Positions 29,243 through 39,189 of a DNA stretch of 64,000 bases are shown piece after piece. Origin of the DNA: Nitrospirota bacterium. Lineage in GTDB: Bacteria > Nitrospirota > UBA9217. Below the pieces are notes generated by a model that saw only the letters and a program-made list of their open reading frames with translations, ran no database searches and had not been told where the DNA came from. The stretch is from positions 320,001 through 384,000 of the forward strand of contig CAVWHO010000008.1 in assembly GCA_963754875.1 (NCBI GenBank), written 5' to 3'. Every line of letters starts with the position of its first letter. The stretch's first letter is position 1. The position numbers and the translations under genes were made by a program.

Positions 29243-32200
29243 TTAAGGCCCGATTGTCAAAGGTTGTACAACATTCACTGCTGCATTATAGTTTGTATCC
29301 CCAGCCTGTTGCGCAGTGATGTTCGCGGTTCCTTGACTTACAAACGTAACGATACTGCCGGTTATGCTAACCACCGTTGTATCTGGGCTTGTATAAGTTA
29401 CTGGTAGCCCGCTGCTCGCCGTTGCCGTCAAAGTCAGTGAACTCGATAAGATAGAAACCGTGCCCAATGGAGTAAATGTGATCGTCTGGTCTGCCTTGCT
29501 CACAGCGATAGTCTTCTGGACATCGGCCGCTGCGTTGTAGTTGGCGTTGCCGCCCTGGCTCGCTGTGACGACGATACTCCCGGCACCAGTGATGGTCAGT
29601 GTACTCCCCGTGATCGATCCCGGGCCACTGGTGACCGCGAACGTGACCGAGTTGCCGGAAGCACCTCCCGTAGCACTCAAAACAAAGGGTAAGTCGCCGT
29701 AAATCTTGGTAGCCGGCGGGTTGAATGTAATCGTCTGGTCTGCCTTGTTCACGTTCTGCAAAACTGGGTCTGACGTTGATGTAAGATAATTCGTATCACC
29801 GCCGTAGGCCGCCGTTATTGCGTGGGAAACGGCGGTCAGAGTCGACGTGCTGAATGAAGCCACACCGCCGCTCAATTGGCCTGAGCCAATGGTTGTAGAG
29901 CCGTCTTTGAACGTCACTGATCCGGTAGCCGTTGACGGGGTAACCGTTGCCGTGAAAGTAACAGATTGGCCATACGTTGATGGGTTAAGAGATGAACCGA
30001 GACTCGTCGCTGACGATGCCTTAGTCACGATCTGTTGGAGATTCGATGACGTTGATGTTCCGTAGTTCGCGTCCCCGTTGTATGTAGCCGTAATGTTATG
30101 GGTTGCGACAGTGAGCGTTGTCGTGCTGAATGACGCCACACCGCCGCCCAATGAGCCTGAGCCAATGGTTGTAGAGCCGTCTTTGAACGTCACCGATCCA
30201 GTCGCCCCTGCGGTGACCGTTGCCGTGAACGTAACTGAATCTCCGTACGTTGATGGGTTGGTGCCACCGGTCAGGGCTATACTCGTCGACGATGATGCCT
30301 GGCCGACACTCAACGTTCCGGTGGCCGAGCTTGTCAGGAAGTTCCCCTGTGTGGGGTATGATGCGCTTAAGCTGTGGCCGCCCACAGGCAGACTGCCGAG
30401 GTTGTATTGAGCGGCTCCGGAGGTTAATGTCATCATTGTTTGTCCTCCACCATCCACGCTCAGGTAAACGTTGCCGACAGTCAGCAGTATCCCGGAACTA
30501 ACCGTGATGGTAACGATTCCATTTGCGCCCGACGCCACTGAGGGCGCGCTTATACCCATGTTTGTCGGGGCCGGGTTCACGGTCCAAGGAAGAGCTGAAG
30601 ACGTTGATGTTGTGAAATACGTGTTTCCGTTATACACCACAGTAATGGAATGGGAACCGGCGTTCATCGCTGTTGTCGTCGTGGTACAGGAAGCCAAATT
30701 AGGCGAGCCGCCATTCAGCGTGCCATTGCAGAGAAGCGAGGCGCCGTCATTGAACGATACTGTCCCAGCCGGCGTACCACTGCCAGCCTGGCCCGTTACA
30801 GCCGCCGTGAAGGTTACTGTGTTTCCGTATGTCGACGTGCCAGACGTTGTAACAAAGCTCGTCGTCGTAGTTGCGACCACGGCCTGGGGAATGGCGGCGG
30901 ATGCCTGGTTCCCTGAATAGTTCGCATCGCCGTTGTACACCGCCGTAATGGAATGGGCACCAGCGACGAGAGCTGCCGTGCTGAATGTCGCCGTGTCGGG
31001 TGAGCCACCGTTCAGAGAGTTTGTACCGAGCGTCGTAGCACCGTCCTTGAACGTCACCGTGCCCGTCGGAACCGCTCCGTTGCCTGTAACCGTGGCCGTG
31101 AAGGTAACCGAGTTCCCGTATGTCGACGTGGGCAAAGATGATAAGACGCCGATCGTTACAGAGCCATTCGTCACTGACTGTACCACGGCATTTGACGTCG
31201 ACGCTGTGTAGTTGGTACCACCATTATAGACTGCCGTTATATTGTGCGTGCCTGCGCTAAGGGCGGTTGTGCCAAACGTGGCGGTACCTGTGCCAACCGT
31301 CCCCGTGCCGATGGATGTCACGCCGTCCCAAAACGTTACTGTACCGGGTGCGGCTGCCGGGTTGAGCGTTGCCGTGAACGTGACCAATGTGCCGGGCGTC
31401 ACAGGCTGCCCGCCTGTTGATGACGTAAGGGTGGTTCCCGTTGTCGCTTTGTTCACAATCTGTGGAAGGGTGGCTGATGTAGATGCGGCGAAATAGGCAG
31501 CACCACTATAAGCGGCGGTTATGGAATGGGTGGCAACGGAAAGTGTCGGTGTGCTATAGATGGCCACGCCTGAGACAAGCGTCACCGTGCCGATGGATGT
31601 CAGGCCGTCCTTGAACGTTATTGTCCCGGTTGCTGTAGCCGGGGTCACCGTTGCTGTAAACGTGACTGAATTGTTGAATTGCGACGGATTGGCTGACGAC
31701 GCGATGCCAGTTGTTGTCGCGGCCTGACTCACTGTCAGGTTATTGGATTGCGTATTGCCCAGGAAGTTGTTGTCAAGGGGCGTGTACGTTGCGACCAGAG
31801 TGTGAAGGCCTACAATCGGGTTTGAAATCGTGAAGGTCGTGGCTCCAGTGACGAGTTGCTGGGTCCAGGTCGTCGTCACATTGCTGACCGTATCACTCAA
31901 TGACACGCTTCCGGTAGGTACACCCGACGACGCCGATGTGAGGCCCACCTGCACAATGCCGTTTGTGCCGTAAGTTATTGGTGTGGTGAACGTCATTGTC
32001 ATTGTCGTCGCCCCTGAGCCCACCCCAAGGCTGCCGCCGGCCGAACTCGGTCCGAAGTTGTTATTTGACGGGTCCGGCTGGTACGGATACGTTGCGCTCA
32101 AGGTATGAGTGCCCACGCTCGGTGTGGTGATCGAGAAGGTTGCAACTCCGGAACTGATAAGCCCCCCTATCATCGGTGTTGCGGCGTTGCCGTCCACAAT

Positions 32201-34255
32201 CAGTGCTACGTTGCCGACGGGGAGGAGAACCCCCGACGTCACCGTGACAGTCACGATGCCAGGCTGCCCAAACGCGATTGCGGGCGCGCTCACTGTCATG
32301 TGCGTCGGCGCCTGATTCACCGTCAGGTTGCCCGATGCCGTGCTGTCGAGGAAGCTGCCCTGCGCCGTATAGGTTGCTGTTAGCGGATGGACGCCCGCAA
32401 ACGGACTGGTGATCGTAAAGGTTGCGGATCCGCTTCCATTCAATGTCTGCGTTGCCGTCCCGGTGTCCCAGCTCAGCGATACGTTTCCGGTGGGCGTTCC
32501 CGAGGGCGAGCTGACAGTAACCATCACAATGCCGTTTGCGCCGTAGTTCACGGTAGGAGCGGAGATTAACGTCGTCGTCGCCCCCTGGCCCACCGCCAGA
32601 GAACCGTCAGCCGTGCTCCCCAGGAAATTGCCCTGGCCCACGTAGGTCGCCGTCAGGGTATGGCTGCCCACAGCCGGTTTGACGATCGTGAAGACCGTAG
32701 AGCCGTTGGAGAGCGCCTGGGTCGTTGTCGGGCCGCTATCTACACTCAGTGACACGCTTCCGATTGGTACCCCCGACACCGAGCTGATGGTTACCGTTAC
32801 AATGCCGTTTAATCCGTACGTTACCGAAGGCGCAGAGATTATTGTCGTCGTGCTCCCCTGGCCCACCGTCTGCGTAACTGACGCCGTTGATGTCGCAAAA
32901 ATCGCGTCGCCGCTATAGGTCGCTGTTATGATATGCGTTCCCAGGGTCAGCGTAGATATGGTGAACGTTGCGGTGTTGCCGGCGAGTGGCACGGTCCCAT
33001 TCGGGAGGGCAGCACCGTTGTCAGTGAACGTTACCGTGCCGGTCGGCACGCCTGCCGAACTCGAAGGATCGCTGGAGACCGTGGTTGTGAACGTGATGGG
33101 ACTCCCATATTGTGTATTATTGTCGGATGCATAGATGCTCAGGGACGTATCTGCCTTCCCGGTGGTAAACGACCAGGTCATATCCGGCATCACATTTCCT
33201 GAAAGGTCCACAATGCCGCTCACCCGGGCCGTGTACAACATGTTGTATCCCAAAGTAAGCGAATTTGACGGCTTGTAGGAGAGCATATTCGTGGTGTTGT
33301 CATAACCGTCCAAGACATACGGGACGAGGACGGGTGTCCCGGTGGCGGTGCTGAACAGCGTGATATTGGCGGTCGCCTCATTCACGGGTTCATTGAATGT
33401 AACCTGGAGGTAGGTGGTTGCAGATACACCCGAAGCCCCCGCCGTCGGTGTCGTTGCAGTCACAACGGGAGGTGTCGTATCGAACCCTGCGCCCGTGCTG
33501 AACGTCCAGGTATAATCGCTGACCATTTTGTTCCCTACCAGGTCCTTTAGCCCGGCCTTCACGGCGGCCTTATACACTGTGTTCCCGTCCAGACTGATTG
33601 CCGGCGGCGTAAACAGGGGCGTAAAAGTGGCGGTGGTCGCTCCATTATAATTCATGGTGCACGTGACGGCGGACATGGTGCTCTGATTGATGAGCTGAAA
33701 TGTCAGCGTACTTGCAGTCACAGGCTCGGTGAACTCTACGTTGATGCTGCTGTTCACGGCCACACCCGTGCTCGTCGCCGACGGCGATGAGTAGAGAATA
33801 CTCGGCGGCGTTGTGTCCGGCAGCGGTTGCGTGCTGAAAAAGAAGACGAAGGGGGTCCCCATCGAGATCCCGTAAGTATCCTGCACGCTGCCGTCTATCG
33901 TTACCGTATAGGTGGTGCCGGGGGTCAATTGTTGCGCCGGCGTGAAGGTGGCAGAACCGTTCGCGTAACCGACCGATCCTACGATCGGGCTCGTTCCGGT
34001 GCTAACGCTAACGACCTGAATCGTTTGGCCATTAATGGTAGACGGAGTCATTTCTTTGGTGAACGTGATCACGATCGAACCGTCGAGCGCGAACCCCAAC
34101 GTCCCGTTGTTCCCGGTCCCGTCGGCAGGGATCGTGGATTTGATGGTGGGCGGCGTTTTATCGGCAGGAGGCATCGGGCCTTCACGGCCGCAGGTCATTA
34201 ACACCAATGCCGCCGCCTGGATCAAAAATAGCAGCATAACGGGCAGCTTTTTCAT
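29243..34255 (-). CDS. Giant Ig-like repeat lipoprotein (three Big_5-type domains, then Big_3-type repeats)
   Basis: Lipobox-like LMT-C; DKTPPTI/DTTPP...WTFST units; TVTFKDG repeats; KADQTITF terminal domains. Confidence 0.88.
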   Translation of the reverse strand: MKKLPVMLLFLIQAAALVLMTCGREGPMPPADKTPPTIKSTIPADGTGNNGTLGFALDGSIVITFTKEMTPSTINGQTIQVVSVSTGTSPIVGSVGYANGSATFTPAQQLTPGTTYTVTIDGSVQDTYGISMGTPFVFFFSTQPLPDTTPPSILYSSPSATSTGVAVNSSINVEFTEPVTASTLTFQLINQSTMSAVTCTMNYNGATTATFTPLFTPPAISLDGNTVYKAAVKAGLKDLVGNKMVSDYTWTFSTGAGFDTTPPVVTATTPTAGASGVSATTYLQVTFNEPVNEATANITLFSTATGTPVLVPYVLDGYDNTTNMLSYKPSNSLTLGYNMLYTARVSGIVDLSGNVMPDMTWSFTTGKADTSLSIYASDNNTQYGSPITFTTTVSSDPSSSAGVPTGTVTFTDNGAALPNGTVPLAGNTATFTISTLTLGTHIITATYSGDAIFATSTASVTQTVGQGSTTTIISAPSVTYGLNGIVTVTISSVSGVPIGSVSLSVDSGPTTTQALSNGSTVFTIVKPAVGSHTLTATYVGQGNFLGSTADGSLAVGQGATTTLISAPTVNYGANGIVMVTVSSPSGTPTGNVSLSWDTGTATQTLNGSGSATFTITSPFAGVHPLTATYTAQGSFLDSTASGNLTVNQAPTHMTVSAPAIAFGQPGIVTVTVTSGVLLPVGNVALIVDGNAATPMIGGLISSGVATFSITTPSVGTHTLSATYPYQPDPSNNNFGPSSAGGSLGVGSGATTMTMTFTTPITYGTNGIVQVGLTSASSGVPTGSVSLSDTVSNVTTTWTQQLVTGATTFTISNPIVGLHTLVATYTPLDNNFLGNTQSNNLTVSQAATTTGIASSANPSQFNNSVTFTATVTPATATGTITFKDGLTSIGTVTLVSGVAIYSTPTLSVATHSITAAYSGAAYFAASTSATLPQIVNKATTGTTLTSSTGGQPVTPGTLVTFTATLNPAAAPGTVTFWDGVTSIGTGTVGTGTATFGTTALSAGTHNITAVYNGGTNYTASTSNAVVQSVTNGSVTIGVLSSLPTSTYGNSVTFTATVTGNGAVPTGTVTFKDGATTLGTNSLNGGSPDTATFSTAALVAGAHSITAVYNGDANYSGNQASAAIPQAVVATTTTSFVTTSGTSTYGNTVTFTAAVTGQAGSGTPAGTVSFNDGASLLCNGTLNGGSPNLASCTTTTTAMNAGSHSITVVYNGNTYFTTSTSSALPWTVNPAPTNMGISAPSVASGANGIVTITVSSGILLTVGNVYLSVDGGGQTMMTLTSGAAQYNLGSLPVGGHSLSASYPTQGNFLTSSATGTLSVGQASSSTSIALTGGTNPSTYGDSVTFTATVTAGATGSVTFKDGSTTIGSGSLGGGVASFSTTTLTVATHNITATYNGDANYGTSTSSNLQQIVTKASSATSLGSSLNPSTYGQSVTFTATVTPSTATGSVTFKDGSTTIGSGQLSGGVASFSTSTLTAVSHAITAAYGGDTNYLTSTSDPVLQNVNKADQTITFNPPATKIYGDLPFVLSATGGASGNSVTFAVTSGPGSITGSTLTITGAGSIVVTASQGGNANYNAAADVQKTIAVSKADQTITFTPLGTVSILSSSLTLTATASSGLPVTYTSPDTTVVSITGSIVTFVSQGTANITAQQAGDTNYNAAVNVVQPLTIGP

Positions 34256-34333
34256 ATGTATTCTCCTTCACCTGTACCGGGCGGCAACTGATACCCCTAC
34301 CTTCAGTCACGACGGGAAAGTAGCCGCGTCATA

Positions 34334-35629
34334 TCAAAAACGCTTGGATAGATCCACGGAAACTCTGTTATCCCTGCTGTTTTGAGAGTAGATATCCGGC
34401 GAGTAGGCATAAGTGTAAGCGTAGTTCACTGCAAAAGTGAGGTCCTGCAGCATATTGCGTTCGAACCTCGTCGCGATTTGATAGACATACGTATCCGCGT
34501 CCAGCAAATAGTCATGAAGAACCGTATTGCTTATTTCGCCCGACACCGTCGAGCGGGGGGTGAGTACGTGTCGCATCCTGCCGGAAATTGCGTATGCGGT
34601 CGTCATGAGGTAGTCGGTCGGCGAATCTCGGTACTCGTACCAGCCCGCTACACCGCTGAGGGAAGTCCTCGTTGTTGCTTCCCTCGTAAGAGTGGCCTCA
34701 AGCTGGTCCACCCTTCTCAGAACATAAAAGGGATCAGGAACATAGTCCGTCTTGGTCTCAACCCTAAGCGTCATGGTGGAGTAACGATGGTTGAAACCGA
34801 GGTCCCAAAGAAGATGGTGTATATTCTCGTAGCCCGCGAACCGCACCCACGTTTCCCCGAGCGTGCAAAAAATGGAAGAGCCTGGTGCATAGGTATAGAC
34901 GGGCCCGGTGACGATGTCCGTCTTAAAATAGCCGTTTAAGCTGTTGAGACCCCGCGTGTAACGCATGCCTCCCGTGATCGACAGATTCGATGAAAGAGAC
35001 GAACTCATAACGAGATAACCCGTATGGTCAATAGTGTCGAAGGCTGTAGGGTCCTTATACCAGGAGCTCCCATACTGGTACCCGATCTGTACCGTATGTG
35101 AAGGCCCGGAGACCAGATTCAGATAAGGGTTCACTGTGAAGATATTCTGGTCGGACTGATTCAAGGACAGGCTTTCCTGGGAATAATTTCGCGTAATATC
35201 GAGTGAGACCCTCTGATAGACATCTGTCATATCCATAAAAAATAAATTGTTAATCAGGTTGGTATGTTCAAGGACATTGGCGCGGTATGTCGTGTCTCTT
35301 GGCACCGTATCTTTGGCGTAGTATCGATAATCATAGGCATAGTCTATGTTCCAGGTCCAAAACGACGTACTGTGGGCAAGAGTAAAGGCCGGTACTATTC
35401 TTGTTATAAAATCTCCTTGTAAGCCGGTCGGCGTCAGAAAAATATTATCGTCGTACTCCTCGCTCACCATGATGGATGGACGGATATCGAACTGTGCGGC
35501 CGCCGCATCATCAGGGCAAAGCGCGAACAGTGAAGCCAGTCCCGTGAGGAAGCAGAAGAGCGCGAAGTGTGCGGCAATGACGATTCCGGGGCTACGCATT
35601 CTCAGGGATCGGGCCATTATTTTCGTCAT
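34334..35629 (-). CDS. Outer-membrane beta-barrel protein, EPS/PEP-CTERM-locus type
   Basis: Signal peptide, PSIMVSEEYDDNIF, Tyr-rich amphipathic strands, terminal Phe (DLSKRF). Confidence 0.85.
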   Translation of the reverse strand: MTKIMARSLRMRSPGIVIAAHFALFCFLTGLASLFALCPDDAAAAQFDIRPSIMVSEEYDDNIFLTPTGLQGDFITRIVPAFTLAHSTSFWTWNIDYAYDYRYYAKDTVPRDTTYRANVLEHTNLINNLFFMDMTDVYQRVSLDITRNYSQESLSLNQSDQNIFTVNPYLNLVSGPSHTVQIGYQYGSSWYKDPTAFDTIDHTGYLVMSSSLSSNLSITGGMRYTRGLNSLNGYFKTDIVTGPVYTYAPGSSIFCTLGETWVRFAGYENIHHLLWDLGFNHRYSTMTLRVETKTDYVPDPFYVLRRVDQLEATLTREATTRTSLSGVAGWYEYRDSPTDYLMTTAYAISGRMRHVLTPRSTVSGEISNTVLHDYLLDADTYVYQIATRFERNMLQDLTFAVNYAYTYAYSPDIYSQNSRDNRVSVDLSKRF

Positions 35630-36707
35630 CTCTCCTGGCTGATTTATTTTCCGCGACGTCTGCGCTGTTGTCGGCGGCGCCCGCCGTGTCCACGGTCACG
35701 GTGCAGCCGGACCCATCAGCAGTGCCGGCTGATTTATTTCCCGCTGCCTCCGCGCCGCTTTCTGCGGCGTCCGCTCTGTTCACGGTCTCGGCAAAGCCAA
35801 CTCCGTCGTCCATGCCGACTGGTCTTTTTCCCGTATCGTCCGAACCGTTCCCGCCAGCATCGCCTGTTTTCTCGGTCTCGGTGTACTTAGAGTTGTAATA
35901 GTAGGGATAAAGATTTTTTGCGAGGTGTTTCGGCACATCGTTGAATACCGTGCCGAGTACGTTATGCCCTTTTAAAAGAGAAGCGGCCTGCGTCGCCGCT
36001 TTCATGGACGTGCGGTCCGCCTGGACGACGAAGATAATGCCGTCCGTATATTCGCAGAGCGACAGGGCGTCTGCGGTCAGGAGCAGAGGCGATGAATCGA
36101 TGATGATGTAGCGGTCACGGTACCGGAACTTGAGTTCCCGGATCAGGATTCTCATGCGCTCCGAGGAAATGAGTTCCGACGGGTTCTTCGGCGGATTTCC
36201 CGCGGGCAAGAGGACAAGCTTTCCGATCCCGGTCTTGATCATGACATCGGACAGCTCTGCGCGGGATTCCAGAAAATCGCTCAGTCCCGCCTCCGGTTTT
36301 ATGCCGAGATAGGTGTGGATGCTCGATCTTCTGAGGTCGGCATCAACAAGAAGCACGGTATGATCGATCTCCTGGGCGATGGTGACGGCGAGATTGATCG
36401 CGGTCATGCTCTTCCCCTCGCCGGCCTGGCTGCTGGTCACCATGATCGTGTTCAGATAATTCGCCTCCGTGGCACGCATAATCTTTGCGCGGAGTTTCCG
36501 GTATTCTTCGGCGGCGGTGGAGTAGGGGTCTGTTATGCTGACCAGATGCCGGTTCACACCAGCGGGATCTATCCCCGCCTCGCCGACTTCGAAGACTGAC
36601 GGATCGCACTTGCTATAGGTGGTGTGTCCGATGGTGGAGCGCCCGGGATCCATCGTGGGCCGCCTCATATTTAACGCCTTTTCAAGTGCTCGCTCTATTC
36701 TGCTCAT
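35592..36707 (-). CDS. BY-kinase (Wzc cytoplasmic tyrosine autokinase) with acidic repeat tail
   Basis: MSRIERAL, AEEYRKLR, GEGKS Walker A, VDADLRR, IIIDSSP, Tyr cluster YPYYYNSKY. Confidence 0.93.
   Translation of the reverse strand: MSRIERALEKALNMRRPTMDPGRSTIGHTTYSKCDPSVFEVGEAGIDPAGVNRHLVSITDPYSTAAEEYRKLRAKIMRATEANYLNTIMVTSSQAGEGKSMTAINLAVTIAQEIDHTVLLVDADLRRSSIHTYLGIKPEAGLSDFLESRAELSDVMIKTGIGKLVLLPAGNPPKNPSELISSERMRILIRELKFRYRDRYIIIDSSPLLLTADALSLCEYTDGIIFVVQADRTSMKAATQAASLLKGHNVLGTVFNDVPKHLAKNLYPYYYNSKYTETEKTGDAGGNGSDDTGKRPVGMDDGVGFAETVNRADAAESGAEAAGNKSAGTADGSGCTVTVDTAGAADNSADVAENKSARRDDENNGPIPENA
35613..35882 (-). repeat. Three degenerate 90-bp (30-aa) tandem repeats in the kinase tail
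   Basis: TETEKTGDAGGNGSDDTGKRPVGMDDGVGF / AETVNRADAAESGAEAAGNKSAGTADGSGC / TVTVDTAGAADNSADVAENKSARRDDENNG; gctgatttattt recurs 90 bp apart. Confidence 0.7.
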
Positions 36708-36723
36708 GTAATCTCCCCGTGGA

Positions 36724-38295
36724 TCAATGATTGCCTAGTATTCCCATCCGATAGAGTATCTCGGCGATAAGCACCACGCCGATAAGGGAAAGATAGGCTG
36801 CCGCTGCCTTAAACACTTTTTTGTCCATCAGTTTCTCGTTCTGGACGTCGGCGTCGATGACGATAGCGGGAACGGCCGCCAGGACCGGAAGATTCAATGC
36901 TCTCCGGAGAGAATCCTCATCCTTGAACGAATTGTTGAAATAATCGAAACCGATGGCGGTGCCCACGCCTGACGCTATCCCGACGAAAAGTCCGGCAAAG
37001 ATCAGGAGGATCCTGTTCGGCTGGACGGGAATGCGCGGAACGAGCGGGGGATCTACCACATGATATTGTGTGCTTTTATCTGCGAGTTCCAGGTTCTTCG
37101 ACAGCCGTGCATTTTCAAGCTTCTGCAGGAGATCATCGTATACTTTCTGGGTGACATTTCTGTCCCGCTGAAGTTTTGACCACTCTTCCTGTTCCTTCGG
37201 CATCCGTCCGAGAACCCGGCGACTTGAATTCTGCTGTGAAGAAAGTTCTTCCAGCCTCGCCTTCAGGGATTCAAGCTCCGTATCGGTCTTCTGCAGCTCT
37301 TCCTTGATTTGCCGGTATACGGGGTTCATTGCCTTCATCTCTCCGCGCGTAACATTGCCTTTTTCCGCGTTTGCCGGCTGCGCCATCTGCTTTTGCAGCT
37401 CGTCTATTTCGCTTTTTACCTTGACGACTTCGGGATAGTTTTCCGTATACTTGGACATCAGGACCATGAGTTGGCTGTTGAGGTAATTCAACCGCGCCTC
37501 CGGCGAATTCTCATTCGATACAAATGCAACGGTAAGTTCTTTTTCTCCGGAGAGCTGCTTCTGCAGACTTTCCCGTTTCCTGAGGAGCTCCTTCTTCCTG
37601 ATTTCTCCGTCGCTTATGGCCGATTGAAAATTCTCCAATCTCCCGACGATGGTGTTTTCATTCTGCGGGATCATCTGAGGGTTCCTCTCCCGAAAATCCC
37701 GGATCGCCTTATCGGAAGCCTCCAGTTTTTCCTTATACTCCGTGATCTGGTCCTGAATGAACTCATATGCGCCTACGGCGTCGGAACGCTGGAATTCAAC
37801 GCTGTTTTCGATGAATTCCTTTACGAGCGTATCGACCATCTTTTGCACCTTCTTGGGATCGCCTCCCCGGTACGCGACCGTAAACAGATCGCTTTCGCGC
37901 TCCCCGAAACTTTGCATCGTCACGGTGATGCTCTTCTGTATGGATGTCGCCAGCTCATCGTCCTGGCTGGGATATTTGAAGCCGGCGTCCAGGCCAAGTT
38001 TCTTAATGACCTGTTCTATAAGGCTCCTGCTGGTGATCCTGTTGCGGATATTCCGCTGCCGTTCTACTGTGGAAACGGAAACCCCCGTTCCTTGTATGAG
38101 CGGTTTGACGATGCCGGCGTTTTCAATGGCTACGGTGCAGCTTGCCTCAAAGGTCTTGGGTATCAGAAAGCTTCCCCACGTAAAGAGCGAAAGTACACCA
38201 ATCGCTACCGCCAGGACTATATATCTTCTCCTGTGGATCAATCCGAGGTACCGCTTAATTTCGAAGTTGACGTTGGCTTGACTGTTTTCCTGCAT
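36724..38295 (-). CDS. Polysaccharide co-polymerase / chain-length determinant (Wzc N-part, XrtA type)
   Basis: Two TM helices flanking coiled coils; KYTENYPEV, VVDPPLVP..PVQPNR. Confidence 0.92.
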   Translation of the reverse strand: MQENSQANVNFEIKRYLGLIHRRRYIVLAVAIGVLSLFTWGSFLIPKTFEASCTVAIENAGIVKPLIQGTGVSVSTVERQRNIRNRITSRSLIEQVIKKLGLDAGFKYPSQDDELATSIQKSITVTMQSFGERESDLFTVAYRGGDPKKVQKMVDTLVKEFIENSVEFQRSDAVGAYEFIQDQITEYKEKLEASDKAIRDFRERNPQMIPQNENTIVGRLENFQSAISDGEIRKKELLRKRESLQKQLSGEKELTVAFVSNENSPEARLNYLNSQLMVLMSKYTENYPEVVKVKSEIDELQKQMAQPANAEKGNVTRGEMKAMNPVYRQIKEELQKTDTELESLKARLEELSSQQNSSRRVLGRMPKEQEEWSKLQRDRNVTQKVYDDLLQKLENARLSKNLELADKSTQYHVVDPPLVPRIPVQPNRILLIFAGLFVGIASGVGTAIGFDYFNNSFKDEDSLRRALNLPVLAAVPAIVIDADVQNEKLMDKKVFKAAAAYLSLIGVVLIAEILYRMGILGNH

Positions 38296-38305
38296 GATGA
38301 TCTCC

Positions 38306-39181
38306 CTAGAAAAATCCGGTTTGTACCATAACGATGTCGCCGGGCTTCAGAAGTACGTTTTTTGAATTTTTGCCGTTCATGACGTCCTTCAGCCTGACGT
38401 TGATTTTCGTGGCCTCTTTTCCCTCTTTTCTTACGACAAGCACGTCATTCTGACTCGCGAATTCCGTAAACCCTCCTGCGCTCAGTACGGCATCGAGCGC
38501 AGTCATGCCCTCGGCATAAGGAATCGAGCCCGGCGTTCTGACCGCGCCGGTGACCCGAATACGGTTCGTGTAGCCGCCTGGCAGGTAAATGACATCATTC
38601 GCTTGAAGTGCAACGTCCTGGGAATAATCGCCGCTTTTCATCAGTTGTTCAAAATTGACGGGAAGTTTCGTCCCGTCTCTCAGCAAATAGGCATTGCCGA
38701 GATCGATCTCACTGAGAGATCCGAGCTGTGCAAGGAGTTGAAGGAGCGTCGTATGTCTTCGCAGGGTGATTTGCCCTGATGACGATGTACCACCGGACGG
38801 GGCGGCGCCTCCCGGGGCACTCGCGGCGGGCAGGAGGACTTTCGATGCGCCGTCGCCAAAGATATAGACCTTGAAGCTGTTAATTGCCGTCACGATAACG
38901 CTGACAACCGGAGCTTTCACATAGCGACCAAGTTCTTTTTCCAGGCTCTTTTTTAGTTCCAGGGGAGTCAGGCCGGACGCTTTTATATCACCCACGAGGG
39001 GCATCGACAGCATACCGTCGGGCCTCACCGGGACCGTAACGCTGAGGTCAGCGTTTCCCCAGACAGAAATTTGGATCATGTCCTCTTCACCGATGACGTA
39101 TCCTTCTGCCGAAGCCTTGGAGATCATCGTGATCGATAACAACAGCGCTCCGAAATACCACAGTATCTTTATCTTTCCCAT
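38306..39181 (-). CDS. wza: Polysaccharide export protein (Wza/OPX family, SLBB domains)
   Basis: YVIGEEDMIQISVW, VRPDGMLSMPLVGDI, AGGFTEFA, LKPGDIV. Confidence 0.9.
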   Translation of the reverse strand: MGKIKILWYFGALLLSITMISKASAEGYVIGEEDMIQISVWGNADLSVTVPVRPDGMLSMPLVGDIKASGLTPLELKKSLEKELGRYVKAPVVSVIVTAINSFKVYIFGDGASKVLLPAASAPGGAAPSGGTSSSGQITLRRHTTLLQLLAQLGSLSEIDLGNAYLLRDGTKLPVNFEQLMKSGDYSQDVALQANDVIYLPGGYTNRIRVTGAVRTPGSIPYAEGMTALDAVLSAGGFTEFASQNDVLVVRKEGKEATKINVRLKDVMNGKNSKNVLLKPGDIVMVQTGFF

Positions 39182-39189
39182 AGCTCCTC

